Shown here piece after piece: positions 7,515 to 17,303 of a DNA stretch of 32,000 nucleotides. A program made the position numbers and the translations under genes. The notes beneath the pieces were generated by a model. That model was not told where the DNA came from. It saw only the letters and a list, made by a program, of their open reading frames with translations, and made no database searches. Position 1 is the first letter of the stretch. The number at the start of each line of letters is the position of its first letter. The DNA comes from Candidatus Pelagibacter ubique HTCC1062 (GTDB lineage: Bacteria; Pseudomonadota; Alphaproteobacteria; Pelagibacterales; Pelagibacteraceae): the NCBI RefSeq assembly GCF_000012345.1, contig NC_007205.1, forward strand, positions 1,200,001-1,232,000, given 5' to 3'.

Positions 7515-7628
7515 TGTGATCTTCTTTGTTTTAAAGAATACCAATAAGATAGATAAATTCTATTAATTTTATTGAAATTTTAGGCTTAATTTGAAATAAC
7601 AATTTACGTTAGAATAAAATTACAACAA

Positions 7629-8120
7629 ATGGCTAAAAATAAATTAAACAAAGTATCAATTGTTATGGGTAGTCAATCTGACTACAAAACCATGACATTT
7701 TGTCAAAATATTCTTAAAAAATTAAACATAAAATTTGAAACAAAAATAATATCAGCTCATAGAACCCCTAAAAGAATGTATGAATTTGCTATTAATGCTG
7801 AAAAAAATGGTATTGCAGTAATTATTGCTGGAGCTGGTGGATCTGCACATTTACCAGGAATGATTTCAGCCCTTACTTCTCTACCGGTACTAGGTGTTCC
7901 AATTGAAAGTAAAAAGCTGAAAGGTCTTGATAGTCTTCTATCCATTGCACAAATGCCAAAAGGAATACCTGTTGGAACATTAGCAATTGGAGAAGATGGT
8001 GCAATTAATGCTGCCTTATTAGCTGCATCTATTATTGGTCTTAGTGATTTAACTGTTAAGAGAAAATTAAATCAGTTTCGTTTAAATCAAAGCAAATCTG
8101 TTAAAAAAAAACCCAAATAG
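7629..8120 (+). CDS. purE: N5-carboxyaminoimidazole ribonucleotide mutase
   Basis: 163-aa ORF with VSIVMGSQSD, SAHRTP and AGGSAHLPGM blocks typical of PurE. It is followed directly by purK. Confidence 0.9.
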   Translation: MAKNKLNKVSIVMGSQSDYKTMTFCQNILKKLNIKFETKIISAHRTPKRMYEFAINAEKNGIAVIIAGAGGSAHLPGMISALTSLPVLGVPIESKKLKGLDSLLSIAQMPKGIPVGTLAIGEDGAINAALLAASIIGLSDLTVKRKLNQFRLNQSKSVKKKPK

Positions 8121-8129
8121 TTGTAAAAT

Positions 8130-9176
8130 ATGTCTAAACCAATTCTTGGAATTATAGGGGGAGGTCAGTTAGGTAGTATGCTTGCTATTGCTGCAAATAA
8201 ACTTGAAATTAAAACAGTTATTTTTTGCAATGATATTGATGCTCCTGCCCAAAATTTTTCTAATGATTTTGTACAAGGTGAATATAATGATAAAAACAAG
8301 ATTAATGAGTTTTTGAGTAAAGTTGATGTTGTAACTTATGAATTTGAAAATATTCCCTATGAAACATTAAATGAAATTAATAAAATAAAACCTGTTTTAC
8401 CAAAACCTTCTGTAAATAGAATAATTCAGCATAGATTAGCAGAAAAAGATTTTATCAATAATCTAAATATAAGAACTACAAGATATGTATCTATTGAAAA
8501 AAAATCTGAAATAGATTCTGTTGAAGATTTATTACCTGGTATACTCAAAACTACTACATTAGGATATGATGGCAAAGGTCAACACCCTATTAACAGTTTA
8601 GAAAATTTAGACTCAATTGATGTTGATTATTCAAAAGGTTATATTTTAGAAAAATTAGTAAAATTAAAAAAAGAAATTTCAATAATCATTACTAGGTTTG
8701 GTATTCAAAAATATGAAATTTATGAACCCATTGAAAATGAACATGAAGATCAAATCTTAAGAAATTCTAAAATTCCAGCAGAGATTAGTGATAAAATATT
8801 AGAACAATCAAAACTATGGGCTACAACAATTGCAGAAGAATTAAAATATGTTGGAACTTTGTGTGTTGAGTTTTTCATTGACAGGAATGATAACCTTTAT
8901 GTAAATGAAATTGCACCAAGAGTTCATAACTCAGGGCATCTAACAATTAATGCGTATAATGTAAGTCAATTTGAAAATCATGTAAGAGCAGTTTGTAAAC
9001 TAGAGCAAATACCTCTTAAAAAAATATCCAATGCAATGATGACAAATATAATTGGAGATCAAATTACTAATTACAGAAATAAAGAACACAATGAAAATGA
9101 ATTTTTCTTTGATTATCTTAAAAAAGAAATTAAACCAAAAAGAAAAATGGGGCACCTAACAACTCTTCTTAAGTAG
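8130..9176 (+). CDS. purK: N5-carboxyaminoimidazole ribonucleotide synthase (ATP-grasp)
   Basis: 348-aa ORF with N-terminal IIGGGQLG, ATP-grasp core (GYDGKGQ, LYVNEIAPRVHNSGH) and C-terminal RKMGHLT. It starts 9 nt after purE. Confidence 0.9.
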   Translation: MSKPILGIIGGGQLGSMLAIAANKLEIKTVIFCNDIDAPAQNFSNDFVQGEYNDKNKINEFLSKVDVVTYEFENIPYETLNEINKIKPVLPKPSVNRIIQHRLAEKDFINNLNIRTTRYVSIEKKSEIDSVEDLLPGILKTTTLGYDGKGQHPINSLENLDSIDVDYSKGYILEKLVKLKKEISIIITRFGIQKYEIYEPIENEHEDQILRNSKIPAEISDKILEQSKLWATTIAEELKYVGTLCVEFFIDRNDNLYVNEIAPRVHNSGHLTINAYNVSQFENHVRAVCKLEQIPLKKISNAMMTNIIGDQITNYRNKEHNENEFFFDYLKKEIKPKRKMGHLTTLLK

Positions 9177-9187
9177 ATATTACTCAT

Positions 9188-9655
9188 ATGCTAAAATCAA
9201 TCGAAGGAAATTTTGATAATCCAGAAGTTCATGAGCTACTTATAAAGCATTTCATTGAGTTAAGATCTGTGTCACCTGAAGGTAGTGCTCACGTACTTGA
9301 TATAGCTGGATTAAAAGATCCAACTATTAAATTTTGGAGCCTGTGGGAAGAAAATGACCTAATGGGTAGTGGTGCATTAAAATTCCTAGATAAAGAACAT
9401 GGTGAGTTTAAATCTATAAGAGTTAGTGACAACTTTAGAGGTAAAGGAAATGGTACAAAAGTCATAAATCATCTAATTAATGAGGCAAAAAAACTTAATA
9501 TTAAAAGATTGAGTTTAGAAACAGGTGCTGGTGAGTTCTTTTTAAATGCCAGAAAACTATTTAGTAAGTGTGGTTTTAAGCCCTGCGAGCCCTTCTCTCA
9601 TTATAAAAAAGATATCAACTCTATTTATATGACCATGCTAATAAGCAACAAATAA
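9188..9655 (+). CDS. GNAT-family N-acetyltransferase
   Basis: 155-aa ORF. Acetyl-CoA binding motif R-G-x-G-x-G (RGKGNGTKVINHL) sits in the expected position of motif A. It starts 11 nt after purK. Confidence 0.75.
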   Translation: MLKSIEGNFDNPEVHELLIKHFIELRSVSPEGSAHVLDIAGLKDPTIKFWSLWEENDLMGSGALKFLDKEHGEFKSIRVSDNFRGKGNGTKVINHLINEAKKLNIKRLSLETGAGEFFLNARKLFSKCGFKPCEPFSHYKKDINSIYMTMLISNK

Positions 9656-9773
9656 GTCTTTAATTATTTATTCTTTTAAATTTAGTTGACAAAACCTCAA
9701 TAAATCTAAACAAAGCGTGAATTACTTAATTATAAGTAATAAAAGTAACACAATAAAAAGTAAGAAGATAAAT

Positions 9774-9980
9774 ATGAGTCTACAAGGAAAAGTAAAATGG
9801 TTCAATCCAACTAAAGGTTTTGGTTTTATTGAAAGAGAAGATAAAGAAAAAGATGTATTCGTTCACGTTTCAGCTGTTAGAGATGCTGGTATGAACGGTT
9901 TAGATGAAGGTCAAGCTTTGACTTTTGAAGTTGAAGATGGTCCAAAAGGTCCTTCAGCGGTAAATTTAAAAACTGCATAA
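9774..9980 (+). CDS. cspA: Cold-shock domain protein (CspA family)
   Basis: [19 protein letters not shown] with RNP1 (KGFGFI) and RNP2 (VFVHVS). The true start is taken as the ATG at 9774, giving a canonical 68-aa protein, rather than the GTG at 9717 in the track. Confidence 0.9.
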   Translation: MSLQGKVKWFNPTKGFGFIEREDKEKDVFVHVSAVRDAGMNGLDEGQALTFEVEDGPKGPSAVNLKTA

Positions 9981-10061
9981 TATTCACACTTTCTATTGGC
10001 TGCGATTTTTTAATTAAATTAATTTTTTAATTATTTAGCTAAATATTTCAGCCAATACCAA

Positions 10062-10820
10062 TCAGTTTTTTTTAAGAAATTCACTCACTATTGTATTAAA
10101 TTCATCTGGCTTCTCTAAATGGACATTGTGAGAGCAGCCATTAACTATTCTAAGTTCACTATTTATAATATTTTCTTTTAAAGTTTCTACTTGGTTGAAG
10201 TTATAGGCTTTGTCTTGATCTCCCCAAATTATCAAAGTTTCATTCTTAATATTTTTTAAATTTTCAATACCACTCCAATTTTTCATAGCAACAAGAGCAT
10301 TGTCCGCCGCCTCTAAAGAAGTTTGTTTACCCGCTTCTTCACATAAATAAAAATATTTAGATTTATCCTCTTCAATGAACCATGTTTTTGCAATTCTATA
10401 AGCTGTGTTATCCAGTCCATTAATTTTTAGTTTGTCTCTAGAAACATCTATGGTTTCAAATCTGCCAGGTATATTTCCTCTTGGTCCTGTACCATAACAA
10501 ATTAATTTTAATATTTTTTCACCTGCTAACTTTGCCATTTCTTGCACGATCATGCCACCCATTGAGTGACCTAATAAATAAAAACGTTCTATTTTCTTTT
10601 TTTCTAAACTTGTCAATATAGATTTAGCCATACCTTCAATTGAATTATATGAGTTAACTTTATTACTTTTTCCAAAACCGGGTAATGCTGGTGCCAAAAC
10701 TCTAAAATTCTTTTTAAAAAAGTCAGTTTGCAAAGTCCACATCTCAGATGATCCTAAAAAACCATGCACTAACACTAGTGGAGTGCCACTTCCCATATCT
10801 TCAATAAATATATCTTGCAT
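10062..10820 (-). CDS. Alpha/beta-fold hydrolase
   Basis: 252-aa ORF with oxyanion-hole HGF (LVLVHGFLGS), nucleophile elbow G-H-S-M-G-G and a C-terminal catalytic His (GCSHNVHLE). Confidence 0.8.
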   Translation of the reverse strand: MQDIFIEDMGSGTPLVLVHGFLGSSEMWTLQTDFFKKNFRVLAPALPGFGKSNKVNSYNSIEGMAKSILTSLEKKKIERFYLLGHSMGGMIVQEMAKLAGEKILKLICYGTGPRGNIPGRFETIDVSRDKLKINGLDNTAYRIAKTWFIEEDKSKYFYLCEEAGKQTSLEAADNALVAMKNWSGIENLKNIKNETLIIWGDQDKAYNFNQVETLKENIINSELRIVNGCSHNVHLEKPDEFNTIVSEFLKKN

Positions 10821-10879
10821 ATTTATATTTTATTAATAATCATCGAATATAACAATTTAATAATAAGTAACTAACAAGT

Positions 10880-11227
10880 ATGACAAATAGAAAAATAACT
10901 GACCTTTATGATGTTGAATTCACTCCATTTGATAATTATGGGGTTGTTGTGCCTGGAATGAGTTGGCATAAAATTAGCTATAATAAAGAAAATGGTGGTA
11001 ATGGAACTTATCTTTTAAAGATGGAACCAAATGCTAAAAGTTTGCCCCATGTGCATACAGGCTTTGAGGAATTTTTGATGTTAGAAGGTGAATTAACTGA
11101 TCCAGATAATAAAGTTTTTAAAAAAGGTGATTTTGTTACTTTTGAACCAGGCTCTACACACTCATCCTTTACTAAAGATGGTTGCTTAATTTTAGTTTTT
11201 ATGAGAGGTATCAACAAACCTCTTTAA
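10880..11227 (+). CDS. Small stand-alone metal-binding cupin protein
   Basis: 115-aa ORF. Cupin motif 1 fits H-x-H-x3-E-x6-G (PHVHTGFEEFLMLEG). A motif-2-like GDFVTFEPGSTH is also present. Confidence 0.7.
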   Translation: MTNRKITDLYDVEFTPFDNYGVVVPGMSWHKISYNKENGGNGTYLLKMEPNAKSLPHVHTGFEEFLMLEGELTDPDNKVFKKGDFVTFEPGSTHSSFTKDGCLILVFMRGINKPL

Positions 11228-11264
11228 GGAATTATTAAATAAATTTAATAGAAAATATATATTT

Positions 11265-12011
11265 ATGATTGGAATTTTAGGCGGAATGGGAACTCAAGCG
11301 GGACTTGATTTTTGCAATAAACTCGCAATGTTAAATAGAGGAAAAAGTGATCAAGAATACCCTTTATTCATGCTTTATAACAAATCAAATATTCCTGGAA
11401 GACCAGAATCTATTGGTGTTCAAACTAAATCATTATCTACAATTCCAAGAAACTCAAAAAATACAAAAAAATATAATAGAGTTTTAAAAAGTTTGTTAGA
11501 TGGATGTAAATCATTAGAAAAAAGTGGGTGCAAATTTATTGTTATACCCTGTAACACTGCACACTATTGGTATGAAGATTTAAGGAAAAAAATCAAGATA
11601 CCGATCATTAACATGCCTAAAGAAGTTTTTATACAAACAAAAAAAAGTTGTAAAAAAAATTCTAAAATTGGACTTCTTGCAACAGAGGGAACTTTAAAAA
11701 CTGAGATTTATGATAAAATTTTTAAAAAGGATTATGTATTGATTAAACCTTTAAGTAATTTACAAACAAGTTCAGTAAACAAAACAATCAAACATGTAAA
11801 AATGGGCAATATAAAACTAGCAGAAAAAACTATTAAGCCTGCAATTAAATATTTAATCAAACAAAAATGTAAAAAAATAATACTTGGCTGCACTGAGATA
11901 CCTATTGCAATTTTTGCATATAAATCTTTACAAAATGCTAAAGTTTCAAAATTGTACCTTGATCCTAATTTAATATTAGCCAACTCCTGTATGGCAAAAT
12001 ATAAAAAATAG
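11265..12011 (+). CDS. Aspartate/glutamate racemase-family protein
   Basis: 248-aa ORF with N-terminal IGILGGMGTQAG and two catalytic-Cys blocks (VIPCNTAHYW and ILGCTEIP) typical of the Asp/Glu racemase superfamily. Confidence 0.8.
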   Translation: MIGILGGMGTQAGLDFCNKLAMLNRGKSDQEYPLFMLYNKSNIPGRPESIGVQTKSLSTIPRNSKNTKKYNRVLKSLLDGCKSLEKSGCKFIVIPCNTAHYWYEDLRKKIKIPIINMPKEVFIQTKKSCKKNSKIGLLATEGTLKTEIYDKIFKKDYVLIKPLSNLQTSSVNKTIKHVKMGNIKLAEKTIKPAIKYLIKQKCKKIILGCTEIPIAIFAYKSLQNAKVSKLYLDPNLILANSCMAKYKK

Positions 12012-12014
12012 ATA

Positions 12015-12455
12015 ATGAATATAAAAGTCAAAAAACCATATGTTATATATATGGCTGAAATTATTTACTCCTACGTTTCTATTGAAAAGAATAAAGATCC
12101 GGAGCTTGATGTAAAACAAGCTATTAATAAATTCATGGAAACTAATGAATTTATAAAATTAAGCACTGGTGCATTACATGACGAATGGTTTGGTGAATTA
12201 AAAAAAAATGAGTATCTAGACAAAGATACTGGAAATAAAATACCAGATGAAACCATTAAACTTTTAGAAATTCAAAAAGATATGACTATTAAAAATTTAA
12301 TTAAAATTCCTAAACTTTACGAGACTGAAAACAATACTCTCATCGAAGCATCAAATAGAGCACAACAATTTTTATGGCGTATGTGTGAAAGTTATGAACT
12401 GTGGTGTAAAGAAACTGGGCAATCAGAGCAGCTATTATTGGGTATTACTGATTAG
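12015..12455 (+). CDS. Hypothetical protein, 146 aa
   Basis: ORF starts 3 nt after the racemase stop and is soluble and charged with no recognised motif. Its 3' end overlaps the convergent lipoprotein gene by 11 nt. Confidence 0.5.
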   Translation: MNIKVKKPYVIYMAEIIYSYVSIEKNKDPELDVKQAINKFMETNEFIKLSTGALHDEWFGELKKNEYLDKDTGNKIPDETIKLLEIQKDMTIKNLIKIPKLYETENNTLIEASNRAQQFLWRMCESYELWCKETGQSEQLLLGITD

Positions 12456-12756
12456 CTAATTGAATAATTTTACTTGTTTTTTCTATTCTACTTTTTACTA
12501 AAGCAAAAAACTCTTCTTGACTTTCTTCTTCTTCAACTTTTAATTTTTTATCATCTACAAAGCTTTTAATATTTTCAGTAGGAGACTTACCGGTAATTTC
12601 TTTAACTGCTTGATTAGAACCATATGAAAGGCCAGCTTGATAGATATTACCAGAACTAGCTAATGTATAAGCAGGTCCTAATAAGGCTGCACTTTGCACA
12701 CAACCATTAAGAAAAAATAGCAAAAATAATCCAGCAAATATCTTTTTTAAAATCAT
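12445..12756 (-). CDS. Putative lipoprotein (about 103 aa)
   Basis: MILKKIFAGLFLLFFLNGCVQSA is a signal peptide with a lipobox-like L-N-G-C. I chose the internal ATG at 12756 over the track start at 12798. The C-terminal half is acidic. Confidence 0.55.
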   Translation of the reverse strand: MILKKIFAGLFLLFFLNGCVQSAALLGPAYTLASSGNIYQAGLSYGSNQAVKEITGKSPTENIKSFVDDKKLKVEEEESQEEFFALVKSRIEKTSKIIQLANQ

Positions 12757-12815
12757 TATACTCCCACTTAATCCTAAGTATTTAAAAGCACAACTCAAGA
12801 GAGAAAGTGTTCATT

Positions 12816-12845
12816 TTGGATATTAATCTCTAATATTGGTATAAA
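12816..12845 (+). promoter_or_regulatory. Candidate sigma70-type promoter for the EamA transporter gene
   Basis: TTGGAT (12816-12821), 18-nt spacer, TATAAA (12840-12845), about 20 nt upstream of the ATG at 12866. Such hexamers arise easily by chance in AT-rich DNA. Confidence 0.25.
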
Positions 12846-12865
12846 ATATAGCCTATAACCTTGGT

Positions 12866-13717
12866 ATGGTTAAAATTTTTCCATTCATTTTTATTGTTTT
12901 ATGGTCCTCCGCTTTTGTGACAACAAAACCAATAATAGATAACAGTGATCCCTTCGCAGCATTAGCATTTAGATTTTTTGTGGTAGCTTTTGGTTTCTAT
13001 ATTTATTCAATTTATATAAAACAAAAAATTTTAACAAATTCAAGAAACCTTCTACAATCACTTTTTAGTGGGGTACTTTTTCATGGTGTTTATTTAGGAG
13101 GTGTTTTTTATTCAGTTTCAATCGGAATGCCCACCGGTATTGCTGCATTAATTGTAACCTTACAGCCAATTTTAACCAATGCTTTAGCAGGAAAATTTTT
13201 AGGTGAAAAAGTTACTTTTAAACAATGGATTGGAGTGATCCTTGGATTTATTGGTGCAGCTTTAGTTTTAGGTTTTGATATTGGATCAAGCCTTCCTATT
13301 TTTGGAGTGATAGCTTCTTTTGTGGCTCTTCTGGCGATCACAACTTCTACTTTATGGCAAAAAAAAATAAGTAATAATTTACCTTTATCTGTCAGTAATA
13401 TGTATCAAGCAATAGGTGGCTGTTCTTTTCATATAATAATTATTTTAATTTTTAGTGAACCTTATATTAATTTTACATCCACATTCTTAATAGCAATGAG
13501 TCATCAGATATTCCTTGTATCTTTTGGAGCTTTTACAATCTTAATGTTTTTAATTAAGAACAACTCAGCAAGTAAAACTGTTTCTATATTTTTTTTAATA
13601 CCCCCTACTACCGCAATAATGGCTTGGATATTTTTGAATGAAAAATTGAATAATCTAGATTTAGTTGGTTTTGCTGTGGCAACTTTTGGTGTTTATATTG
13701 CAACAAGAAAGCAATAA
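12866..13717 (+). CDS. EamA/DMT-superfamily transporter
   Basis: 283-aa ORF with about 10 hydrophobic helices in two halves, and size and composition typical of drug/metabolite transporter (EamA) proteins. Confidence 0.8.
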   Translation: MVKIFPFIFIVLWSSAFVTTKPIIDNSDPFAALAFRFFVVAFGFYIYSIYIKQKILTNSRNLLQSLFSGVLFHGVYLGGVFYSVSIGMPTGIAALIVTLQPILTNALAGKFLGEKVTFKQWIGVILGFIGAALVLGFDIGSSLPIFGVIASFVALLAITTSTLWQKKISNNLPLSVSNMYQAIGGCSFHIIIILIFSEPYINFTSTFLIAMSHQIFLVSFGAFTILMFLIKNNSASKTVSIFFLIPPTTAIMAWIFLNEKLNNLDLVGFAVATFGVYIATRKQ

Positions 13718-13721
13718 ATTT

Positions 13722-14309
13722 TTAAATTCCTTTATAACCAAATTCTAAGCAAGCATCAGTAATTGAATGATAAAAAGATTCTCCAAAACTTCTTAATGTA
13801 AATATTCTAACTTTATCTGGATTGTCATCTAGCATATCAATTGTAACTGACATTCCGTTATAAATTGAATTTAAACAAGTATCTTTTTTCAATTCATTAA
13901 AATTAAAAGGGCATCCTTTTTTTAATATCTCTTTTGTATTTTTTCCCTCTATTTGAATTATCGCTCTGCTATGAGATATATTTGTTATGGCAAAATCTGT
14001 TTCTGGTAATTTTTCGTTAATTTCTTTTAAAATTTCTTTTTTTGAAGAAACTAAAAGCCAGTTATTTGGTCCATTCCATAAAATTCTTGTATTGGTGTTA
14101 CAGCTTATATTTAGAGTTTCATTTTTTAAGTTCAAATCATCTAACTTAATATTTTCAATAGTTATTGCTGAACTATTATACTTAACAATTTGAATGATTA
14201 GATAATCGCTTAATTCGCTTATTTTTAACAGTTCTTTATCATTTTTTCCTTCATGATCACCAAACAAACCTTTGATATGAATATTCTTTAAAGCAGAAAT
14301 TGAACTCAT
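13722..14309 (-). CDS. soxG: Sarcosine oxidase gamma subunit
   Basis: 195-aa ORF overlapping the soxA stop by 4 nt. It is the last gene of the canonical soxB-D-A-G order with the expected size. Sequence alone is weakly diagnostic. Confidence 0.75.
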   Translation of the reverse strand: MSSISALKNIHIKGLFGDHEGKNDKELLKISELSDYLIIQIVKYNSSAITIENIKLDDLNLKNETLNISCNTNTRILWNGPNNWLLVSSKKEILKEINEKLPETDFAITNISHSRAIIQIEGKNTKEILKKGCPFNFNELKKDTCLNSIYNGMSVTIDMLDDNPDKVRIFTLRSFGESFYHSITDACLEFGYKGI

Positions 14310-17302
14310 GATCTTACTCTTTCACCTTTTGGATCAACATAATGGGATGAAACAATCTCAACTGGTATTGTTTTATTTTTTAAAGGTGACATTGCAAATA
14401 GTTTTTGCCCTATCATATTTTTTCCATCCTTAAGAATTGCTAGTGAAAATGGATTATCGTATTCAACACTCCAACAAGATGCAGAAATATATCCTAATTT
14501 AGGGTTTGGTGTTGGAGCCATTGCATCTTTAACTAAATGAGACCCTTCTGGGATACTTGTTTTCTTATCAATTGGAACAACCCCTACTACTTTTTGTCTA
14601 TCTTCAGCTATAAATGCTTCTCTTTCTAATGAACGCTTTCCTATAAAATCTTTCTTTTTACTAACAAGTCCTTCTAAAGAGTTATCATAAGGAATGGTTC
14701 TGCCATCAAGTTCTGATCCTGCAATGTGACCCATTTCAATTCTTAGAGTTGATAATGCTTCAGTGCCGTAAGGTTGAATTTTAAATTCTTGTCCTACTTC
14801 CATTATCTTCTCCCACATAAAATTTCCATTGTCAGATTCGACATTAACCTCATAAGCAAGCTCTCCTGAAAATGAGATTCTAAAAATTCGTGCGTGAACT
14901 CCAAATAAATCAGCTTCTAAATATCCCATAAAAGGTAACCCTTCATTTGAAGCATCAATATTTGGAAATAATTTTTGTAATAAATCTCTAGATTTTGGCC
15001 CAGCAATTGCAGCTCCTGCCCATTGCTCTGTAGTTGAAACCACATTTACATTTAGTTCTGGCCATACAAGTTGTAGATAATATTCAAGATGAGATAAAAC
15101 ATTTGCTGCTTGTGCTGTTGTTGTTGTCATATGATAATGGTTTTCAGAAATTCTCGTTGTTGTTCCATCATCCATAACAATTCCATCTTCTCTTAACATT
15201 ACACCATACCTTGCTTTACCAACTGGCAGTTTTAACCAAGCATTAGTGTAAACTCTATTTAGTAGCTCTGCTGCATCAGGTCCTTTAATGTCAATTTTAC
15301 CTAAAGTAGTTACGTCACAAACACCTACATTTGTTCTAACATTTTTAGCTTCTCTTTTTGAACCTTCAAATAAAGTTTCTTCTCCAATTTTATAATATCT
15401 TGGTCTCAACCAAACACCTGCGTCCACAAACACAGCATTATTTTTTTCATGCCAAGTGTGCATTGGTGATTTTCTTGTTGGTTTTGAATGTTTACCAACT
15501 TCTCTTCCAACAATTGCACCAATTGTAACTGGTGTATACGGAGGTCTAAAAGTTGTATGACCTACTTCTGGCACTATTTTATTTTCAATGTTTGAAACTA
15601 GCTGCAAACCGTTGAGATTACTTGTTTTTCCTTGGTCTGTGGCCATTCCTAGTGTCGTATATCTTTTTACATGTTCTATGGATCGATATCCTTCTTTTAG
15701 TGCAATTTCTACATCTGAAACAGCTACATCGTTTTGAAAATCTAAAAATCTTTTATATGTTTTTCCTTTAGGCAAAGGCACACACCAAAATTTATCATGT
15801 GTGGTAGATTTTTTTTCCATAACTGTTGGCGATGATGTTTTGTTATCATTATTAGTAATTTTTTTTGAAAGTTCATATCCAGTTTCAAATGAACTTTTTA
15901 AAGTTTCTTCTAATGTAAAAGTTCCATTTGCTGCACCTAAAGTTGTTTCATTTTGTTTTGATAATCCAGGTACAAATGCATCTATATCCTTATTAAAAGT
16001 AGTTTTATTTCCTGATTGAGAAGCTAAATGTATTGTTGGTGTCCAAAAACCTGAAACACAAATGCAATCACAATTGATATTTTCTAAAGTTCCTAGTTCA
16101 TTTTTATCATCTGAAATTTTTGCAACTTCAGCTGATTTAACTTTTTTATACCCTTTTGCAGCAACTACTACGTAAGAAAATTTAATTTCAATATCTAGTT
16201 TTTTTGCTTCATCTATAATTTCTGACTTTGGTTCTTTTCTTGTATCTAAAATAATTGGATCAACACCATTTATTTTAAACTCTATAGCCGTTTCATATCC
16301 GCTATCATTATTGGTAAATATTAAAGGTTTTTTACCAACTAACACTCCATAAACTTTTAAATATTCTTTTGCTGCAGAAGACAGCATCACACCTGGTGTA
16401 TCATTATTTCCAAATACTAAAGGTCTTTCAATTGATCCTGATGAAATTAAAACTTCTTTTGCTCTAATATACCAAAGTCTTTGTTTTGGATTGTATTTTT
16501 TAGTTTTAGGTAAGTGATCACTTAATTTTTCTGACATGACTAACATATTGTGATCATAGTAACCAAATACTTGAGATCTATTTTTAACAATAACATTAGG
16601 CATTTCTTTAAGTTCAGAAATAATATTTTCTGCCCATTCTTTTCCTGTTTGATTTCCAATATTAACCTCGCTAGTTAATAAAGTTCCACCAAATCTAGGC
16701 TTGTCTTCTGCTAAAATTACTCTTGCTCCATTTTTAGCAGCAGCATATGCACTTGCTAAGCCAGAGGGTCCTGAACCTGCAATTAACAAATCACAATACT
16801 CATATTTATGTTCATATCTTTCCTTGTCATGCTCAATTGATGCAACCCCAAGTCCTGCTGCTTTTCTTATAAATGGCTCATAAACTTTGTACCAAAAACT
16901 TTTTGGCCACATAAACGTTTTGTAATAAAATCCTGCTGGAAGAAATATTTTTAACAAATTGTTGATAGCACCAATATCAAAATTAACACTTGGCCAACAA
17001 TTTACACTTGTTGCTTCCAAACCTTCAAAGAGCTCTTGTTCTGTAGCTTTTACATTCGGTTCAGTTTCATTATTTCTGTATAATTGAACAATTGCATATG
17101 GCTCATCTACACCTGCACCAAAAAAACCTCTGGGTCTATGATATTTAAAGCTTCTTCCTATTAAATGAACTCCATTAGCAAGTAATGCTGAAGCTAAGGT
17201 ATCTCCCTCGTAACCAAAGTAAGTTACTCCATTAAACTTAAATGAGATTTTTTTATCTCTATTTATTAATCCAACATTATCTAATCTATAATTTTGTGTC
17301 AT
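14306..17302 (-). CDS. soxA: Sarcosine oxidase alpha subunit
   Basis: 998-aa ORF with a dinucleotide-binding block DLLIAGSGPSGLASAYAAAKNG and a C-terminal GcvT-like THF-binding domain (ISFSGELAYEV). Length and position match heterotetrameric SoxA. Confidence 0.92.
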   Translation of the reverse strand: MTQNYRLDNVGLINRDKKISFKFNGVTYFGYEGDTLASALLANGVHLIGRSFKYHRPRGFFGAGVDEPYAIVQLYRNNETEPNVKATEQELFEGLEATSVNCWPSVNFDIGAINNLLKIFLPAGFYYKTFMWPKSFWYKVYEPFIRKAAGLGVASIEHDKERYEHKYEYCDLLIAGSGPSGLASAYAAAKNGARVILAEDKPRFGGTLLTSEVNIGNQTGKEWAENIISELKEMPNVIVKNRSQVFGYYDHNMLVMSEKLSDHLPKTKKYNPKQRLWYIRAKEVLISSGSIERPLVFGNNDTPGVMLSSAAKEYLKVYGVLVGKKPLIFTNNDSGYETAIEFKINGVDPIILDTRKEPKSEIIDEAKKLDIEIKFSYVVVAAKGYKKVKSAEVAKISDDKNELGTLENINCDCICVSGFWTPTIHLASQSGNKTTFNKDIDAFVPGLSKQNETTLGAANGTFTLEETLKSSFETGYELSKKITNNDNKTSSPTVMEKKSTTHDKFWCVPLPKGKTYKRFLDFQNDVAVSDVEIALKEGYRSIEHVKRYTTLGMATDQGKTSNLNGLQLVSNIENKIVPEVGHTTFRPPYTPVTIGAIVGREVGKHSKPTRKSPMHTWHEKNNAVFVDAGVWLRPRYYKIGEETLFEGSKREAKNVRTNVGVCDVTTLGKIDIKGPDAAELLNRVYTNAWLKLPVGKARYGVMLREDGIVMDDGTTTRISENHYHMTTTTAQAANVLSHLEYYLQLVWPELNVNVVSTTEQWAGAAIAGPKSRDLLQKLFPNIDASNEGLPFMGYLEADLFGVHARIFRISFSGELAYEVNVESDNGNFMWEKIMEVGQEFKIQPYGTEALSTLRIEMGHIAGSELDGRTIPYDNSLEGLVSKKKDFIGKRSLEREAFIAEDRQKVVGVVPIDKKTSIPEGSHLVKDAMAPTPNPKLGYISASCWSVEYDNPFSLAILKDGKNMIGQKLFAMSPLKNKTIPVEIVSSHYVDPKGERVRS

Positions 17303-17303
17303 A

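Noticed and set aside
9717-9773. GTG-initiated 19-codon N-terminal extension of the cold-shock gene ([19 protein letters not shown]).
   Set aside because: Csp proteins are about 65-70 aa and start right before the KWFN block. The ATG at 9774 gives the canonical length. The upstream stretch is more likely the long 5' UTR typical of csp genes; a TTGACA at 9686-9691 may be its -35, but I found no convincing -10.
9994-10057. Inverted repeat TATTGGCTG (9994-10002) / CAGCCAATA (10049-10057) between the convergent csp and hydrolase genes. It encloses a direct repeat ATTTTTTAATTA (10005-10016 and 10022-10033).
   Set aside because: The 46-nt AT-only loop makes a stable terminator hairpin doubtful, and the direct repeat is low-complexity A/T sequence. 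It is possibly a weak bidirectional terminator but not supportable as a feature.
10880-11227. Temptation to call the 115-aa cupin a DddK-type DMSP lyase.
   Set aside because: It shares only the generic cupin metal motif. The remembered DddK sequence differs throughout, so it is kept as an untested hypothesis, not an annotation.
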